A stretch of DNA of 64,000 nt from the IMG/VR virus record IMGVR_UViG_3300031787_000074; one strand, written 5' to 3'. A model generated the notes under the pieces. It saw only the letters and a program-made list of their open reading frames with translations. It was not told the origin of the DNA and searched no databases. Source of the DNA: an uncultured virus (IMG/VR IMGVR_UViG_3300031787_000074) (taxonomy: Duplodnaviria > Heunggongvirae > Uroviricota > Caudoviricetes). Every line of letters begins with the position of its first letter. Positions within the stretch are counted from its first letter, which is position 1. The position numbers and the translations under genes are program-made. Below, one piece after another: positions 9,911-20,095 of this stretch.

Positions 9911-10477
9911 TCACTTGAATTTTTCAATCCAGCTAACGCCTATTTGGCTGGAAGCCTGCTTGGCTACCTGGTTTGCAGTAGCGTAATATTTTCTAGCGAA
10001 TACTACGTCTCTAGTGCTGTCACTCCAGGAAGGAGTGGCCACAAGGGCAAGACCGTATACTTTGCTGTTCGAGCCATTTGAAAAAGTTTTGCCGTGTACT
10101 CCTTGAGTACCGGCTGTCTGGGCTAAGAAAGTTAATTGATTGAAAGCTATGCCGTGATACCCTGAGGCCAAGCCTTTGGCCGGACTTGAAAGCAGAGGCA
10201 CTCTTAAAAAATCTTTTGTTGCCGACATGTACAAGGTGTCGTAATATTCTTTTCCTTCGTCTCTCGTGTAGCTTGGAGTTGTTGGAGTTCCAGAAGTGTT
10301 CTCAAACTCTACATACATGGCTGAGATTTTATAGTCCGGGTTTCCGTCACCAAAAAGATGACAAGCTATTTCGCCCCAGCTCCACTGTATTTGGTTGCTT
10401 TCAGTAGATCGGATAGTCCACAAGCCGTGCTTGTTGATATCGTAAAGTGATACTGTTCCCTGCACTTCTGCGTTCAT
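9911..10477 (-). CDS. Baseplate wedge-associated structural protein
   Basis: Start moved to ATG 10477 (GAGGTG upstream). Follows the wedge gene and ends in a beta-strand (QIGVSWIEKF). Confidence 0.45.
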   Translation of the reverse strand: MNAEVQGTVSLYDINKHGLWTIRSTESNQIQWSWGEIACHLFGDGNPDYKISAMYVEFENTSGTPTTPSYTRDEGKEYYDTLYMSATKDFLRVPLLSSPAKGLASGYHGIAFNQLTFLAQTAGTQGVHGKTFSNGSNSKVYGLALVATPSWSDSTRDVVFARKYYATANQVAKQASSQIGVSWIEKFK

Positions 10478-10490
10478 CGCTACAAGCACC

Positions 10491-11987
10491 TCACAGCAAA
10501 TTTCCCCGCACAACGCGTGCGACTATTGTGTCTGACACATCGGTTGTGGTTATTTCTGTTTCAAAGGTTGTTCCCATACCTGTGAACGACCCTATCTCTT
10601 CAGTATCCTCGTAATCAGCTTGCAGCACTTCTTCTTCAATGTCTTGCAAGTCTATTAGAAGAAACATGGTTGTGTGAGGCGGTATCAGGTTTCTTAAATA
10701 AGTAATATTTTCTATTCCAGCGAAACCTGGCCTAACCGATCCTGCCTTTATTTTTACCAAAAAAGCGCCGTTTCTTAAAACGTTTTCGGCCAAAAATTTC
10801 AAAGGGTTGATTACTGAAGGTACGTTAGTGGGTCCTGGCTCTCCGTATTTCACAGGCCTATTATCGAATGCGTCTGCAAGGGTCATGGCCATAGCCAAGC
10901 CCCTCTTGTGCGTGTCATCCCAGAAAGCTTCCACATCAAAAGGATGCCCGCCAAGATAAAAGCTCATCTTGGCTTTTCCATTACTGTCGTACTCAAAATC
11001 TACCGGCACTTCTTCGTTATTAAATCCTATGTCGCCTATGTATTGTATTCCCATGTATCTTTTTGAAAGGTTTAGACCCTTCAAAGATTCTGGCACCTCT
11101 CCTCTGTTAAACTCATGCACTAAAATTCCATCAGTCATTTCCTGGTCTACTCTTAACGAGTCACCGATAGAAACAACGGCTTGAGAATTTTTGTTAAACT
11201 TGTAAACATTTTTATTTGTAATGACAAGTAAGTTATTTCTGTCGTAAGTTATGTCTTCTACGGTTTCATTTCCTTTTGCCAGAGGTATGCCGGTAGTGGC
11301 GGCTATCCCGTCCAAAGTTTTTCCCATGGACGTGCCTAAAACCATTGAATCGTATACGTTGTTCAACAAATCTTTGTATGGCTGACTAGACTTAGCCCAC
11401 AGTCCTATAACGTAGCCAAAATGGCTGTACAGGTATTCTTTGTCTATTCTTGGCAATTGAAGCCATAAAACTATCTCTTCGTCTCCTTCTGTGGTTTGAT
11501 GCGCAAAACTGTCATTATTGAAAGGGTTCTCAGCGAAGAATAAACGATGATTGGCTGAGTCTATATAAAAATCAAGGTTTCTAAATAGAACAGTTGAAGG
11601 GCTGGATATTCTATTTGTGATTATGGGGCAATCTACTATTTCTTCAGGCAGAGGATAAAAAAAAGAAAATCCTGAAGACCTTCTTCCGTAACTGGCAGCG
11701 GTTGTTCCGTAATAGCTTTCTTCGCCATAATTATTAGCCAGGCCGGATATTACTGACTTTTTCATAGTCAGCTCTAACCAGTATTCTTTTCTAAATACTG
11801 GAATGTCCAATCTGCTTCTGCAATCTATGGCTTCTTGAAGCCTTTCAAAAGTTTGCTTTGTTAGATTGCATCGTCCTTTTAATGCTTCGGCCAGGTAGTC
11901 GTTGCCGGTATAAACTTCCTCCCAGAATCCTCCAAGGAGTCGGAGGATCTGACCCTTGTCATCCAGCTGGGTAGGAAAATTTATCAT
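10491..11987 (-). CDS. Baseplate wedge protein (tail protein I/gp7-like)
   Basis: 498 aa. LYSHFGYVIG and LRNLIPPHT motifs resemble wedge proteins; position after baseplate J. Confidence 0.5.
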   Translation of the reverse strand: MINFPTQLDDKGQILRLLGGFWEEVYTGNDYLAEALKGRCNLTKQTFERLQEAIDCRSRLDIPVFRKEYWLELTMKKSVISGLANNYGEESYYGTTAASYGRRSSGFSFFYPLPEEIVDCPIITNRISSPSTVLFRNLDFYIDSANHRLFFAENPFNNDSFAHQTTEGDEEIVLWLQLPRIDKEYLYSHFGYVIGLWAKSSQPYKDLLNNVYDSMVLGTSMGKTLDGIAATTGIPLAKGNETVEDITYDRNNLLVITNKNVYKFNKNSQAVVSIGDSLRVDQEMTDGILVHEFNRGEVPESLKGLNLSKRYMGIQYIGDIGFNNEEVPVDFEYDSNGKAKMSFYLGGHPFDVEAFWDDTHKRGLAMAMTLADAFDNRPVKYGEPGPTNVPSVINPLKFLAENVLRNGAFLVKIKAGSVRPGFAGIENITYLRNLIPPHTTMFLLIDLQDIEEEVLQADYEDTEEIGSFTGMGTTFETEITTTDVSDTIVARVVRGNLL

Positions 11988-13075
11988 TATGCATGTTTAC
12001 CTGGCTTAGCGTTAATATCCATGGCCAGCTCTACTATAACCCTCGAGCCTTCACCAAAGAGTTGCCTAAATTTAAGCTTGCTGGCGCTTACAAAGTCTTT
12101 TTCTTCTATGACTACTTGAGTGCAGTTTTTCTTTTTTACTAAAGCTACTTTAGGCTCTTTTAAAACCAGCCTCTTAGGGTTTAAAAGACCCCAGCCATAG
12201 TCATTGTCAAATCCGTTTGTTCCGGCATCTGTAGCGCTGGCTTTGACTGCTTCTATGAAATCTCTTGAAGACTTCAAAGAGCGAGACTTTTTCTTCCGGT
12301 CATACTCTAAAGCCAAAGCGGCTACGCCTGCAACAAAAGGAGTAGCCATAGAAGTACCAGAAAGTTTGGCGTAGTTCTTAGGAGGGTATGCTGACAAGAT
12401 GTCTACCCCAGGGGCCGCTACGTCTACTTGCGGACCTCTGCTTGAGAACTTAGCTATTCTGTTGTTAGAGTCTACAGCGGCTACGGATAGAACCGTCTCA
12501 TACCTTGCCGGGTATCCAACAGTTTCAGGGTCAGGGCCTTCGTTACCAGCAGCTGCGATTAGGATAACTCCTTTACTAGCCGCGTATTTCAAAGCTGCTT
12601 CAATGTCAGGGCAAGAAGACGGAGAGCCAAAACTCATAGAAATTATGTCAGCCTTTTGAGACACGGCCCACTTGATACCAGCGACTATATTTTTGGTAGA
12701 GCCTCCTCCTGAGTCAGACAAAACTTTTCCAACTATAAGGCAGGCATCAGGAGCCACTCCTACTATTCCTACCCCATTCTTCTTAGCCGCGATTACTCCA
12801 CAGCAGTGTGTGCCGTGTCCGTTTGAATCTCCAGGGCCTACAGGACTTTTTGTAAAATCTTTATGGGCGCATATCTGTTCTTTTAAATCTGGATGCAGCA
12901 TGGCGCATCCGGTGTCCAGAACGGCAACCTTTATACCTTTGCCTGTGGCGTGCTGCCACAATTCAGGTATGCCAAAAGCCGTTAAACTCCAGTCCATAGT
13001 TTCTGAGCACGTCGATACGAAATGCTCAACCGAAAAGGATGGAATTTTAAAATCTGGAACACCGGGCCTAGCCAT
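11987..13075 (-). CDS. Subtilisin-like serine protease (peptidase S8)
   Basis: Complete triad motifs VAVLDTG, NGHGTHCCG and SGTSMATPFVAG, plus oxyanion AAAGNEG. No signal peptide. Confidence 0.95.
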   Translation of the reverse strand: MARPGVPDFKIPSFSVEHFVSTCSETMDWSLTAFGIPELWQHATGKGIKVAVLDTGCAMLHPDLKEQICAHKDFTKSPVGPGDSNGHGTHCCGVIAAKKNGVGIVGVAPDACLIVGKVLSDSGGGSTKNIVAGIKWAVSQKADIISMSFGSPSSCPDIEAALKYAASKGVILIAAAGNEGPDPETVGYPARYETVLSVAAVDSNNRIAKFSSRGPQVDVAAPGVDILSAYPPKNYAKLSGTSMATPFVAGVAALALEYDRKKKSRSLKSSRDFIEAVKASATDAGTNGFDNDYGWGLLNPKRLVLKEPKVALVKKKNCTQVVIEEKDFVSASKLKFRQLFGEGSRVIVELAMDINAKPGKHA

Positions 13076-13085
13076 TTTGCTTATC

Positions 13086-13406
13086 TCACTTTTTGGTAAG
13101 CCAGATAGTAATCAACTTAACTATCACGGGCAGCAACCAAAGAGGAATGGCTTTGGCGGAATGACCGCCGTCCAACACGCCTTGCAGCGCATCGGCAACC
13201 TTCTTCTTGGTAACTCTTCCTTCAGGAACCTTGTTTTGCAGGGTTACTTGGGAATCACCAAAAGTTTCAACTAGCCATTGGGCTACCTTAAGCCCCAAAT
13301 TAATAGCTTTCCACTTATCGAATCCGTCCTTGCTATTGAGAAGGTCGATGAACTCTTTTATGAGTTCTGTTGGAATAGCCACCTTGGTCTCAAACTCTGC
13401 TGACAT
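13086..13406 (-). CDS. Small protein with C-terminal hydrophobic helix (possible holin-like/membrane protein)
   Basis: 106 aa. Ends AIPLWLLPVIVKLITIWLTKK; strong GGGAGG SD. Confidence 0.45.
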   Translation of the reverse strand: MSAEFETKVAIPTELIKEFIDLLNSKDGFDKWKAINLGLKVAQWLVETFGDSQVTLQNKVPEGRVTKKKVADALQGVLDGGHSAKAIPLWLLPVIVKLITIWLTKK

Positions 13407-13482
13407 AACTAACCTCCCTATTCTGCAGCTAAAGCTGCTTTACAATCCTAGCACAGCCAGCAAACGATTTCTAGCCTTGTTA

Positions 13483-15135
13483 TTACGCTAATGAAGTATC
13501 AGAGTTTTTAATGTAAATACCTATGTCGTCTGGACTTAGAATAAAAACAACAGTTTTAGCCGATATCATGTTTTCATGATCTTCAGGAATTATTAGTGAT
13601 TCAAAGCTTCTTAAGTATTTTTTTGTTAAGTCAGACTTTTGTATTGCGCCAAACATTTCTATAGCGCTAACCGTTTGGTTTTGAGCCAAATAACTATGAA
13701 TGGTGGACTGGAGTATTGAAGCCGATAGTTTTCCGCAAAACCCCAGCTTGTTAACTCTATTAGCTAAAGCGTTTTTAATTGCTGATTCGTCTATGTTAGA
13801 GTCGGTTGACTTTTTAAATATTGTAAAAGATAACTTTAGATCGCACGGTATTGCAGCTTTTACTAGAACGTCTCCTCCGGCAGGCCTAACATCACGACTG
13901 CTCAAAAAACTCTGTATGTTCTGTAAAAGATTCATTCCCCGAGCGTATATTGAATATTCAGCAGTAGCGCCTTCTGTTAAGCCAGGCGCAGTCTCTAAGT
14001 CTATAAACCTTATAATTGCAGTTTGATAAGGAGAATAGGCAGCCTCCTTGCTATTAACTATGTCAGGCACAAAAGAAGAACCGTCTTCGGATATGTCGTA
14101 ACCTCTGATGTCTTCGTACACCCCTAAACCTGTTTCTGAAGCACTGTCTACCACAGTTGCTTTTATTATTTTTTCTATGTTGTAAAACCCAGGCACGTCA
14201 TTCCTGGATATGGATACTTGCCACAAGCCTCCGCCGCCTTCTCTTCCTATTAGAGTAGCCGTCTTTGTTATTTTTCTTGAGGTTGGCAGCTGTTGGCTTC
14301 TTATATAAACATCAAGTCTGTTGCCAGTAGCCGTGGGAAGAATGCTGTGGTAGCGAATTTGTTCTGGATCACCAAATCCTATAGTCGATACGTCTAGAAC
14401 CGTTTTGAAAGAAGTGTTTTCTTTTATGCAAGATTCTATTGTTGCCCTGTTTGACAAATCCCTAGCAGATATCCCTGTCTGAAGTCTCTTTACAAAATCT
14501 GAGTTAGACTCATAATCTGAACCGCCTGAAAAGTCAGACTCTGCATAGGCAGTTAAGAAGTAAGGTATAGCCGAGTCTGACTCTAAAGAAGTGTTTCTTT
14601 TTATGTTTGCCGTTACAGAATTAGTAGTAGACACGGCGTCGATCACATAATAGTATGTGCCGTCTCCAACAGGCTTTATAAGCCTGTCGTTGAAATTAAC
14701 TACCTGGTCTGCAGAAGTCCTAGCGAAGAAAGACTGCAGAGGCGCATAAGTGTTACCCAGAGATGAAAAGGTATTTGATGTAGACACACTAGACGGTACT
14801 AGCGCGCTTATCACTATGACTATTTTTCCTGAAGCCGGAGAACCTTCAAACCTTACTGCTCTAAAGTTTGAGGCCAGTTGATCAACAACGTCGTCAACAG
14901 CGAGAGTTGGGTCGTTGTTTATAGCTAGAAGAGAGCCTGACTTCCTAAGCCTGTCAGCATACTCGTCCTGAGCTGTTTGCAGTATTGCCTCAAAATGAAA
15001 AAGGATATCGTGCAGAACGCCTCTCTTGCTGTCTATGCTTGGGGCGTACTCAGTAATTTTTTGCGCTATGTAAGCGTGCGCCTGGTTTACGGCATCTGAG
15101 TTTAAAGTTGTCAGATCAGGTAAAGTTATAGCCAT
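13483..15135 (-). CDS. Baseplate J-like protein (T4 gp6-like)
   Basis: 550 aa. VVDQLASNF...R, FSGGSDYESNSDFVKR (J-type GG.D.E...R) and GNRLDVYI motifs; follows the gp25-like gene. Confidence 0.8.
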   Translation of the reverse strand: MAITLPDLTTLNSDAVNQAHAYIAQKITEYAPSIDSKRGVLHDILFHFEAILQTAQDEYADRLRKSGSLLAINNDPTLAVDDVVDQLASNFRAVRFEGSPASGKIVIVISALVPSSVSTSNTFSSLGNTYAPLQSFFARTSADQVVNFNDRLIKPVGDGTYYYVIDAVSTTNSVTANIKRNTSLESDSAIPYFLTAYAESDFSGGSDYESNSDFVKRLQTGISARDLSNRATIESCIKENTSFKTVLDVSTIGFGDPEQIRYHSILPTATGNRLDVYIRSQQLPTSRKITKTATLIGREGGGGLWQVSISRNDVPGFYNIEKIIKATVVDSASETGLGVYEDIRGYDISEDGSSFVPDIVNSKEAAYSPYQTAIIRFIDLETAPGLTEGATAEYSIYARGMNLLQNIQSFLSSRDVRPAGGDVLVKAAIPCDLKLSFTIFKKSTDSNIDESAIKNALANRVNKLGFCGKLSASILQSTIHSYLAQNQTVSAIEMFGAIQKSDLTKKYLRSFESLIIPEDHENMISAKTVVFILSPDDIGIYIKNSDTSLA

Positions 15136-15611
15136 TAGATAATACCTGCCGTTACTTTTATGGGTAGAGTCAACTTTCTTGAAAAACCCATCAAGTTAAA
15201 TAACGAGACGTTTAAAACCAAAGACACTCCAGGTCTTACGGCAAAACTATCTAAGTGAGCGTCTCTATACCTGTCTTCTGGGTCGTCTGTCTCTGACTCT
15301 TCTATAAGCAGATTAGTTGCTACCTGTGACCTAGCTTCAGCAAAATAAGTATTTACAGCCAAGTCGTTTCGTATGAATCCGGCAGAGAAATTGTTTATGA
15401 AAGAAGATCCTCTGTTTGGCAGATAGGGTATTGAACCTCTTGGCGTCAAGAATTCTATAGTCCATCTTTGCGCCAACTTTTCTATTCCAGTACAGATGTA
15501 GCCGCTATTGGTATTGTCCGACAACACTTGGCTCAGCTGTCTGTTTGCGGCAGAAGGCTGAAAAGCCAATATGTCTATGGTCTTACCGACATAGTCAGCG
15601 ACTGTGCTCAT
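15135..15611 (-). CDS. Baseplate wedge/sheath initiator (gp25-like)
   Basis: 158 aa. GIEKLAQR...FLTPRGS.PY.P.RGS matches the gp25/W family pattern; precedes the J-like gene. Confidence 0.75.
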   Translation of the reverse strand: MSTVADYVGKTIDILAFQPSAANRQLSQVLSDNTNSGYICTGIEKLAQRWTIEFLTPRGSIPYLPNRGSSFINNFSAGFIRNDLAVNTYFAEARSQVATNLLIEESETDDPEDRYRDAHLDSFAVRPGVSLVLNVSLFNLMGFSRKLTLPIKVTAGII

Positions 15612-15613
15612 TC

Positions 15614-16048
15614 TTACTGGCCTCTAGCGAGCTTTTCGTTTGCGTACTCTATGGAAGACTCTCTCAACACATACTTTGCCGCGTTCTTCCTTCTATTAGC
15701 CGCAAATAGCTCAGCCCTTATTGAGTTAGCGTGCCTTGTTCTAAACGCTCTGTCCATGGCAGCCATGTAGTCGTTTTGAAACCTTAAAACCATAGACGAG
15801 GCTTTTGTTCCTGGATCGTCTATGTCTAAAGCTTTTGAAAATAAAGAGTTTGTATGCTCCCTGTTAAAAGCGCTTTTCATTCCAGATACATCAGACATGT
15901 CTCCTTCCCAGCTGCCAGACATCCACACCCTGCCAACTCCCGTCAGGCTAGCCTCGTAACATTTCTGGTTTTGTTCTGACAACTTATCTATTTGATTAAC
16001 CAAGTCCTGGCTAATAGAGCCCACGTTGGTGCCTGTTTTTGAAGACAT
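15614..16048 (-). CDS. Hypothetical protein
   Basis: 144 aa ORF with GAGGA SD in an uninterrupted operon. Confidence 0.6.
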   Translation of the reverse strand: MSSKTGTNVGSISQDLVNQIDKLSEQNQKCYEASLTGVGRVWMSGSWEGDMSDVSGMKSAFNREHTNSLFSKALDIDDPGTKASSMVLRFQNDYMAAMDRAFRTRHANSIRAELFAANRRKNAAKYVLRESSIEYANEKLARGQ

Positions 16049-16055
16049 GCTATCC

Positions 16056-16889
16056 TCACATGAGTCTTATGTCTGATTGCTTGTCTAGTTCAGCTTGAAT
16101 CTTTTTCTTTCTAATGCTTACAGCTGCTGGCGTCACTCTAAGTTTTTTAGCTATAGCTTCATTAGACAACACAGGACTTCCGAACATTCCAAAAGCGCCT
16201 TCCATAATTATTTTATCAGTATCAGATGCTCCATAATAAACTAACTGCCTCCACCCATCCGCGCTGCTGGTATCCTTCATTAGCCTTACGCCTGGATCGT
16301 TGAAGTCTTCGCTTTCTGATCCGGCCATAGGCTTCAAAACTGTTCCTTCGCTAGAAGGCATCCTTAACTTTCTTACGTACTCAATTCTTTTTGGAGAAAG
16401 CCCTGTCTTGTCAGCCAGCTCACTTAAAGACGGGTGTCTTCCCAATTCTTCTTTTAATTCATCCTCTGCTTTGAAAAGACCTACGTAGTCTAACTGCACT
16501 TGTTCAGGAATACTTATTATCTGATTGCTTTGCAGAGTAAATCTTTTCAATCCTTGCAGCTGATTAAACACAAATGTTTTTAACTTAGTCTTTGACGGGT
16601 CGTACCTGTGAAGAGAGTCTATGACTATTTGTTTAGCCTTGCTCCCAACCATAGGGTTTGACGAGCTTCCAGCGTAAGTTTTAACGGCTGTATCTATTAC
16701 GGGTTTCAAAGCCTTTAAAACTCTGTCGTTGTTAGCTATGTCAGGATTTCTTTTCCAATCTTCATATATTTTATTATATTCAGGCTCAAGGCTTATAGTC
16801 GGCTGAGCGGGCGCAGTTCCAGGAGGCCTAGGTCCGCCTGTTGGCTGACTAGGGTTACCTACTCCAGGTATGTTGTACATCCCAGGCAT
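16056..16889 (-). CDS. RNA polymerase sigma-70 family factor (regions 2, 3, 4; SigB/F/FliA-like size)
   Basis: RYDPSKTKLKTFV (region 2), IISIP, ELGRHPSLSELADKTGLS (region 3), SNEAIAKKLRVTPAAVSIRKKK (region 4 HTH). Start moved to ATG 16889 (AGGA upstream). Confidence 0.85.
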   Translation of the reverse strand: MPGMYNIPGVGNPSQPTGGPRPPGTAPAQPTISLEPEYNKIYEDWKRNPDIANNDRVLKALKPVIDTAVKTYAGSSSNPMVGSKAKQIVIDSLHRYDPSKTKLKTFVFNQLQGLKRFTLQSNQIISIPEQVQLDYVGLFKAEDELKEELGRHPSLSELADKTGLSPKRIEYVRKLRMPSSEGTVLKPMAGSESEDFNDPGVRLMKDTSSADGWRQLVYYGASDTDKIIMEGAFGMFGSPVLSNEAIAKKLRVTPAAVSIRKKKIQAELDKQSDIRLM

Positions 16890-16900
16890 AGGTCCATCCT

Positions 16901-18550
16901 TTAAACAAGAGAAGTACCGCTCCAAACCGTATCATAAAGCGGATTGGAATCAAAAACTAGATCCGTGTCGTTATTCTCTGATTCTGTCCTTACGCTACTT
17001 AAAGAAAATGAAGTCATTGCCGTAGCTGAAGTTGAATCAAGGATAAGATTCACTTCATTGACCATACCTAGAAAGTCATTAACGTTAGTAGTATCGTTTT
17101 GTATGCCTCTTGCTCCTGAAGCTTCAATCTTAACTATGGAGCCTGGAGATATATCCATTCTAAACTTTCCAGAAAAGGTGCCGGCTCTAAATTTAAGAAC
17201 TTCATTGCCATAAGACAGTTTGGCGAACCTAGCGGCTGTAGACTCTATAGCTTGTAGGTTATTTTTTATTCCATCGTTATTTATTTCAGGAGCAGACCCG
17301 TCTATTCTAACTTGACCAGGTCCTTGTTTAGTTGCTTCAGCTGGATCTACTATGTTGTCTAGCCAAGTAGGTCTCTTGTGTATTACGAAAGTTCCTGTTC
17401 CCTTATCTGATTTAAAGTGAGCAGCTCCTAATAACCTTTCTCCTAAAAAAGCTCCAGCTTCGCTAACGTGGCTTACTGGCATTAGCACGCCTCGTATAAG
17501 CCTAGGCATTGATGTAGTTATATCAAAGTTAGTTATTTCTGTAGCTTTTACGGTTATAAGAGAATTTTTATAATTTGGAAGTTTGGGCGTCAGTACAGCT
17601 CTAGACACTAGAGGAACTACATTGAACATGAAAGAAGCGCCCGCAGACACCAGTATGTCCCAAAAAGTTTGACCGTCTATTCCGCCTATGGCTGTTTTCT
17701 TTAAAGTGTTTACTATATTTATTTGAATTTGTTGAGACGTAGCAGTTTTTGAAGATAAGCTCAAAGCCACATATCCGTCTTCTCCTGGCTTTAAAAATCT
17801 TTCTACAGCTTTAAGCCCTATGTTGTTTACATCCGTATTAGCGGGAACGGCAAACAACGCGGCTAAGTCAGGAGGTAAGCTGCTAGTAGCTGTATAAAAG
17901 TCGTTTTGACCGATTATTACACTTCCAGCTATTCCATTGAAAAACCTATACAGGCCCTTAGCCCATAAGTCAGAAGGGGTCTCGCTTATTGAAAAATACT
18001 TGTCAGCCCTGTTACTGAGCACTCCAGCGCTTGAAGCTCTTGTTTCACAAGGGAATAAATGAGTGAAAGGAGTTCCAGGCTGTAGTTCTGGCGTAAGAGC
18101 TGTAGAAGCTGTCATGTCAGACAGCCAGTGTTCTAAAGATATAGTGTATTCTACGCTAGCAGAGCCTCTTCTATACCCAGCTCCAGAAGTATAACCTTCA
18201 AAAGCAACAAAATATCCTATGTCAGTTATCTTGTCTTTTGTAACGTCTAAACCAGCTGACTCGTATCCCTTATTCAGTTTTACAAAAACTTTAGCTTTTT
18301 TCTTGTAAGTAAGGTTTTGAAATACCTCATGTATCTTTGCCGTCTTACTGGGGTTCGACATGTCCAAACCCATGGACACGCCGCATGACGCTGTAGGTAT
18401 TCCGTTCAAAGAATAATTAGCCGTAAACCTTATTATGTCTAATTGAACTAAGTTAGGCGCTGGAGCAGCTCCGCCTATGGGATAGTCAGCCAAGTCTATT
18501 TCTAAGTAAGCTTCAAATAGTACTTGTTGAATTGCTTGATTACTTGACAT
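16901..18550 (-). CDS. Baseplate hub protein (gp27/late-control D-like)
   Basis: 549 aa. YSLNGIPTASCGV, VAFEGY and GKFRMDISPGSIVKI...GMVNEV fit the hub fold pattern; downstream of the tape measure. Confidence 0.6.
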   Translation of the reverse strand: MSSNQAIQQVLFEAYLEIDLADYPIGGAAPAPNLVQLDIIRFTANYSLNGIPTASCGVSMGLDMSNPSKTAKIHEVFQNLTYKKKAKVFVKLNKGYESAGLDVTKDKITDIGYFVAFEGYTSGAGYRRGSASVEYTISLEHWLSDMTASTALTPELQPGTPFTHLFPCETRASSAGVLSNRADKYFSISETPSDLWAKGLYRFFNGIAGSVIIGQNDFYTATSSLPPDLAALFAVPANTDVNNIGLKAVERFLKPGEDGYVALSLSSKTATSQQIQINIVNTLKKTAIGGIDGQTFWDILVSAGASFMFNVVPLVSRAVLTPKLPNYKNSLITVKATEITNFDITTSMPRLIRGVLMPVSHVSEAGAFLGERLLGAAHFKSDKGTGTFVIHKRPTWLDNIVDPAEATKQGPGQVRIDGSAPEINNDGIKNNLQAIESTAARFAKLSYGNEVLKFRAGTFSGKFRMDISPGSIVKIEASGARGIQNDTTNVNDFLGMVNEVNLILDSTSATAMTSFSLSSVRTESENNDTDLVFDSNPLYDTVWSGTSLV

Positions 18551-19425
18551 TATCGTTGCTCTCTTTCTTCTTCAATTTTATAAGCGAGAGCTAGTGACAC
18601 GGCAGCAACTCTATTTACGAACGAGTCGTCTTTAAACCATCTGGTTTTAAACTCTTCGTACTCAGGGTATTTTCCAGAGAATATGTAATTTAAAGATTCA
18701 AGCGGCAGAGCGTCTAAGTTAGCTACGACTGAGGCTATGTTTATTAAAGGTTTTGAAAAAACGTCTAAATTCCAGGTAGTATAATCGTACTCTCTTATCT
18801 TAACTGTCAAATCTGATTGTCTTAATGGTATAGCTTCAGATAACCCATTTTGAAAAGTTACAGTTCTGTTCTCTTCACTTACAGGAGCAGTCAAGCATTC
18901 TATGGTCATATAGTCAGAAGATTGGTAATACAAACGCCACTTATTTAAAGCTATGCCTTTGCCGTCATTAGGCTTAAAGTTTCCTGTGATAAATATAGCC
19001 AGGTCTTCTTCGTTATTTGCTCGTAAGAAATTTTCTTCGTTAGAGCTAAATACAAATGTGTTTTCTTTCTTTGTGTACGTTCCTTTTTTAGCCGTATTGT
19101 TTTGAATCTTGGTTACTTCTACTGAATCAAAACCCTTTATAAATTCTGACGCCTCGTAAGGGTCGTAAGTTATTCTTGAATCAAACTTAGTAACGTGTTG
19201 GGAAAGGTCACTGGTATCCAGGCATCTGACTATTTCAAAAAGCCTGTAGTTCAAATAAGCTCTATCCGGTTCTTTTCCAAAAATTGTCTGCCAAATGTTC
19301 TTACACAGGCCTGACATCTTTGCCGGTCTAAACCCTTCAGGCACGTATTCTTCTAGAGGGAAGTCTTCTCCAAAAGAGTTACTTCCAGACTGGTTTAACA
19401 ACAATGTTCTTATGTGGTTTATCAT
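18550..19425 (-). CDS. Hypothetical protein (baseplate region)
   Basis: 291 aa ORF, translationally coupled to the next gene. Confidence 0.6.
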   Translation of the reverse strand: MINHIRTLLLNQSGSNSFGEDFPLEEYVPEGFRPAKMSGLCKNIWQTIFGKEPDRAYLNYRLFEIVRCLDTSDLSQHVTKFDSRITYDPYEASEFIKGFDSVEVTKIQNNTAKKGTYTKKENTFVFSSNEENFLRANNEEDLAIFITGNFKPNDGKGIALNKWRLYYQSSDYMTIECLTAPVSEENRTVTFQNGLSEAIPLRQSDLTVKIREYDYTTWNLDVFSKPLINIASVVANLDALPLESLNYIFSGKYPEYEEFKTRWFKDDSFVNRVAAVSLALAYKIEEEREQR

Positions 19426-19434
19426 GTCCGCGCC

Positions 19435-20085
19435 TTAAACCTGATTTGTTGTCTTGTCTTGGATGTAATACATGGTCAGATTGAACGACCCAAGCATTTG
19501 TCTAGGATCCGTGATGCTTTGATTCAAGCTGCACAAGAAACATTTAAAGACTACGGTTTTGCCTCCTACAGAAGTAAGAGTTAGCGTGAGAGGATAATTG
19601 TAAGTTGAAATTCTGTAGGCTTGGTAGAACTCGTATACCCTATGGAAACCTGTAGTTGCAGCGGCAGTCGCGCTATTAGCGCAACCTACTAAAAAGCATA
19701 TACCGCTAACGCTCATCTGCCCTATTTTTTCACCGAAGGTGTATATGTAGTGCGTATTTCTCAGCGACGGCATGAACTGAACGTTGCATTCTTCATTTAA
19801 GTTTATTCCTGTGACGACAGAGGCCATTGTTCCAAACGCGCCTTCATTGCTAGAAAATACTACGTTGTTGTTTCCTCCTCCTCTATCTGCTGTGATCGTT
19901 ATAGTTAATACTTTGTCTTTTTCAGATACTGATCCTTGCATTACGCTACCTGGAGAACTAATAAATATATCTCCAGAAGGCTGAGCCTCTAAAAGACCTA
20001 GCAAAGTTTCAGCTACTTGTGCTTCTCCAGCAAGTACCTCTTCTATACCTCTTTGATTTATTTGGGCAGCGTCTAGAACAGCCAT
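19435..20085 (-). CDS. Tail tube initiator-like baseplate protein
   Basis: 216 aa. YIYTFGEKIGQMSVSG tube-fold-like motif; directly after the tape measure gene. Confidence 0.55.
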   Translation of the reverse strand: MAVLDAAQINQRGIEEVLAGEAQVAETLLGLLEAQPSGDIFISSPGSVMQGSVSEKDKVLTITITADRGGGNNNVVFSSNEGAFGTMASVVTGINLNEECNVQFMPSLRNTHYIYTFGEKIGQMSVSGICFLVGCANSATAAATTGFHRVYEFYQAYRISTYNYPLTLTLTSVGGKTVVFKCFLCSLNQSITDPRQMLGSFNLTMYYIQDKTTNQV

Positions 20086-20095
20086 GGCTTTATCC

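Noticed and set aside
11987..13406. Host assignment (e.g. Planctomycetota) from the protease/membrane-protein pair and the Pro/Met-rich repeats
   Set aside because: This is an impression only and cannot be supported without homology or CRISPR-spacer searches.
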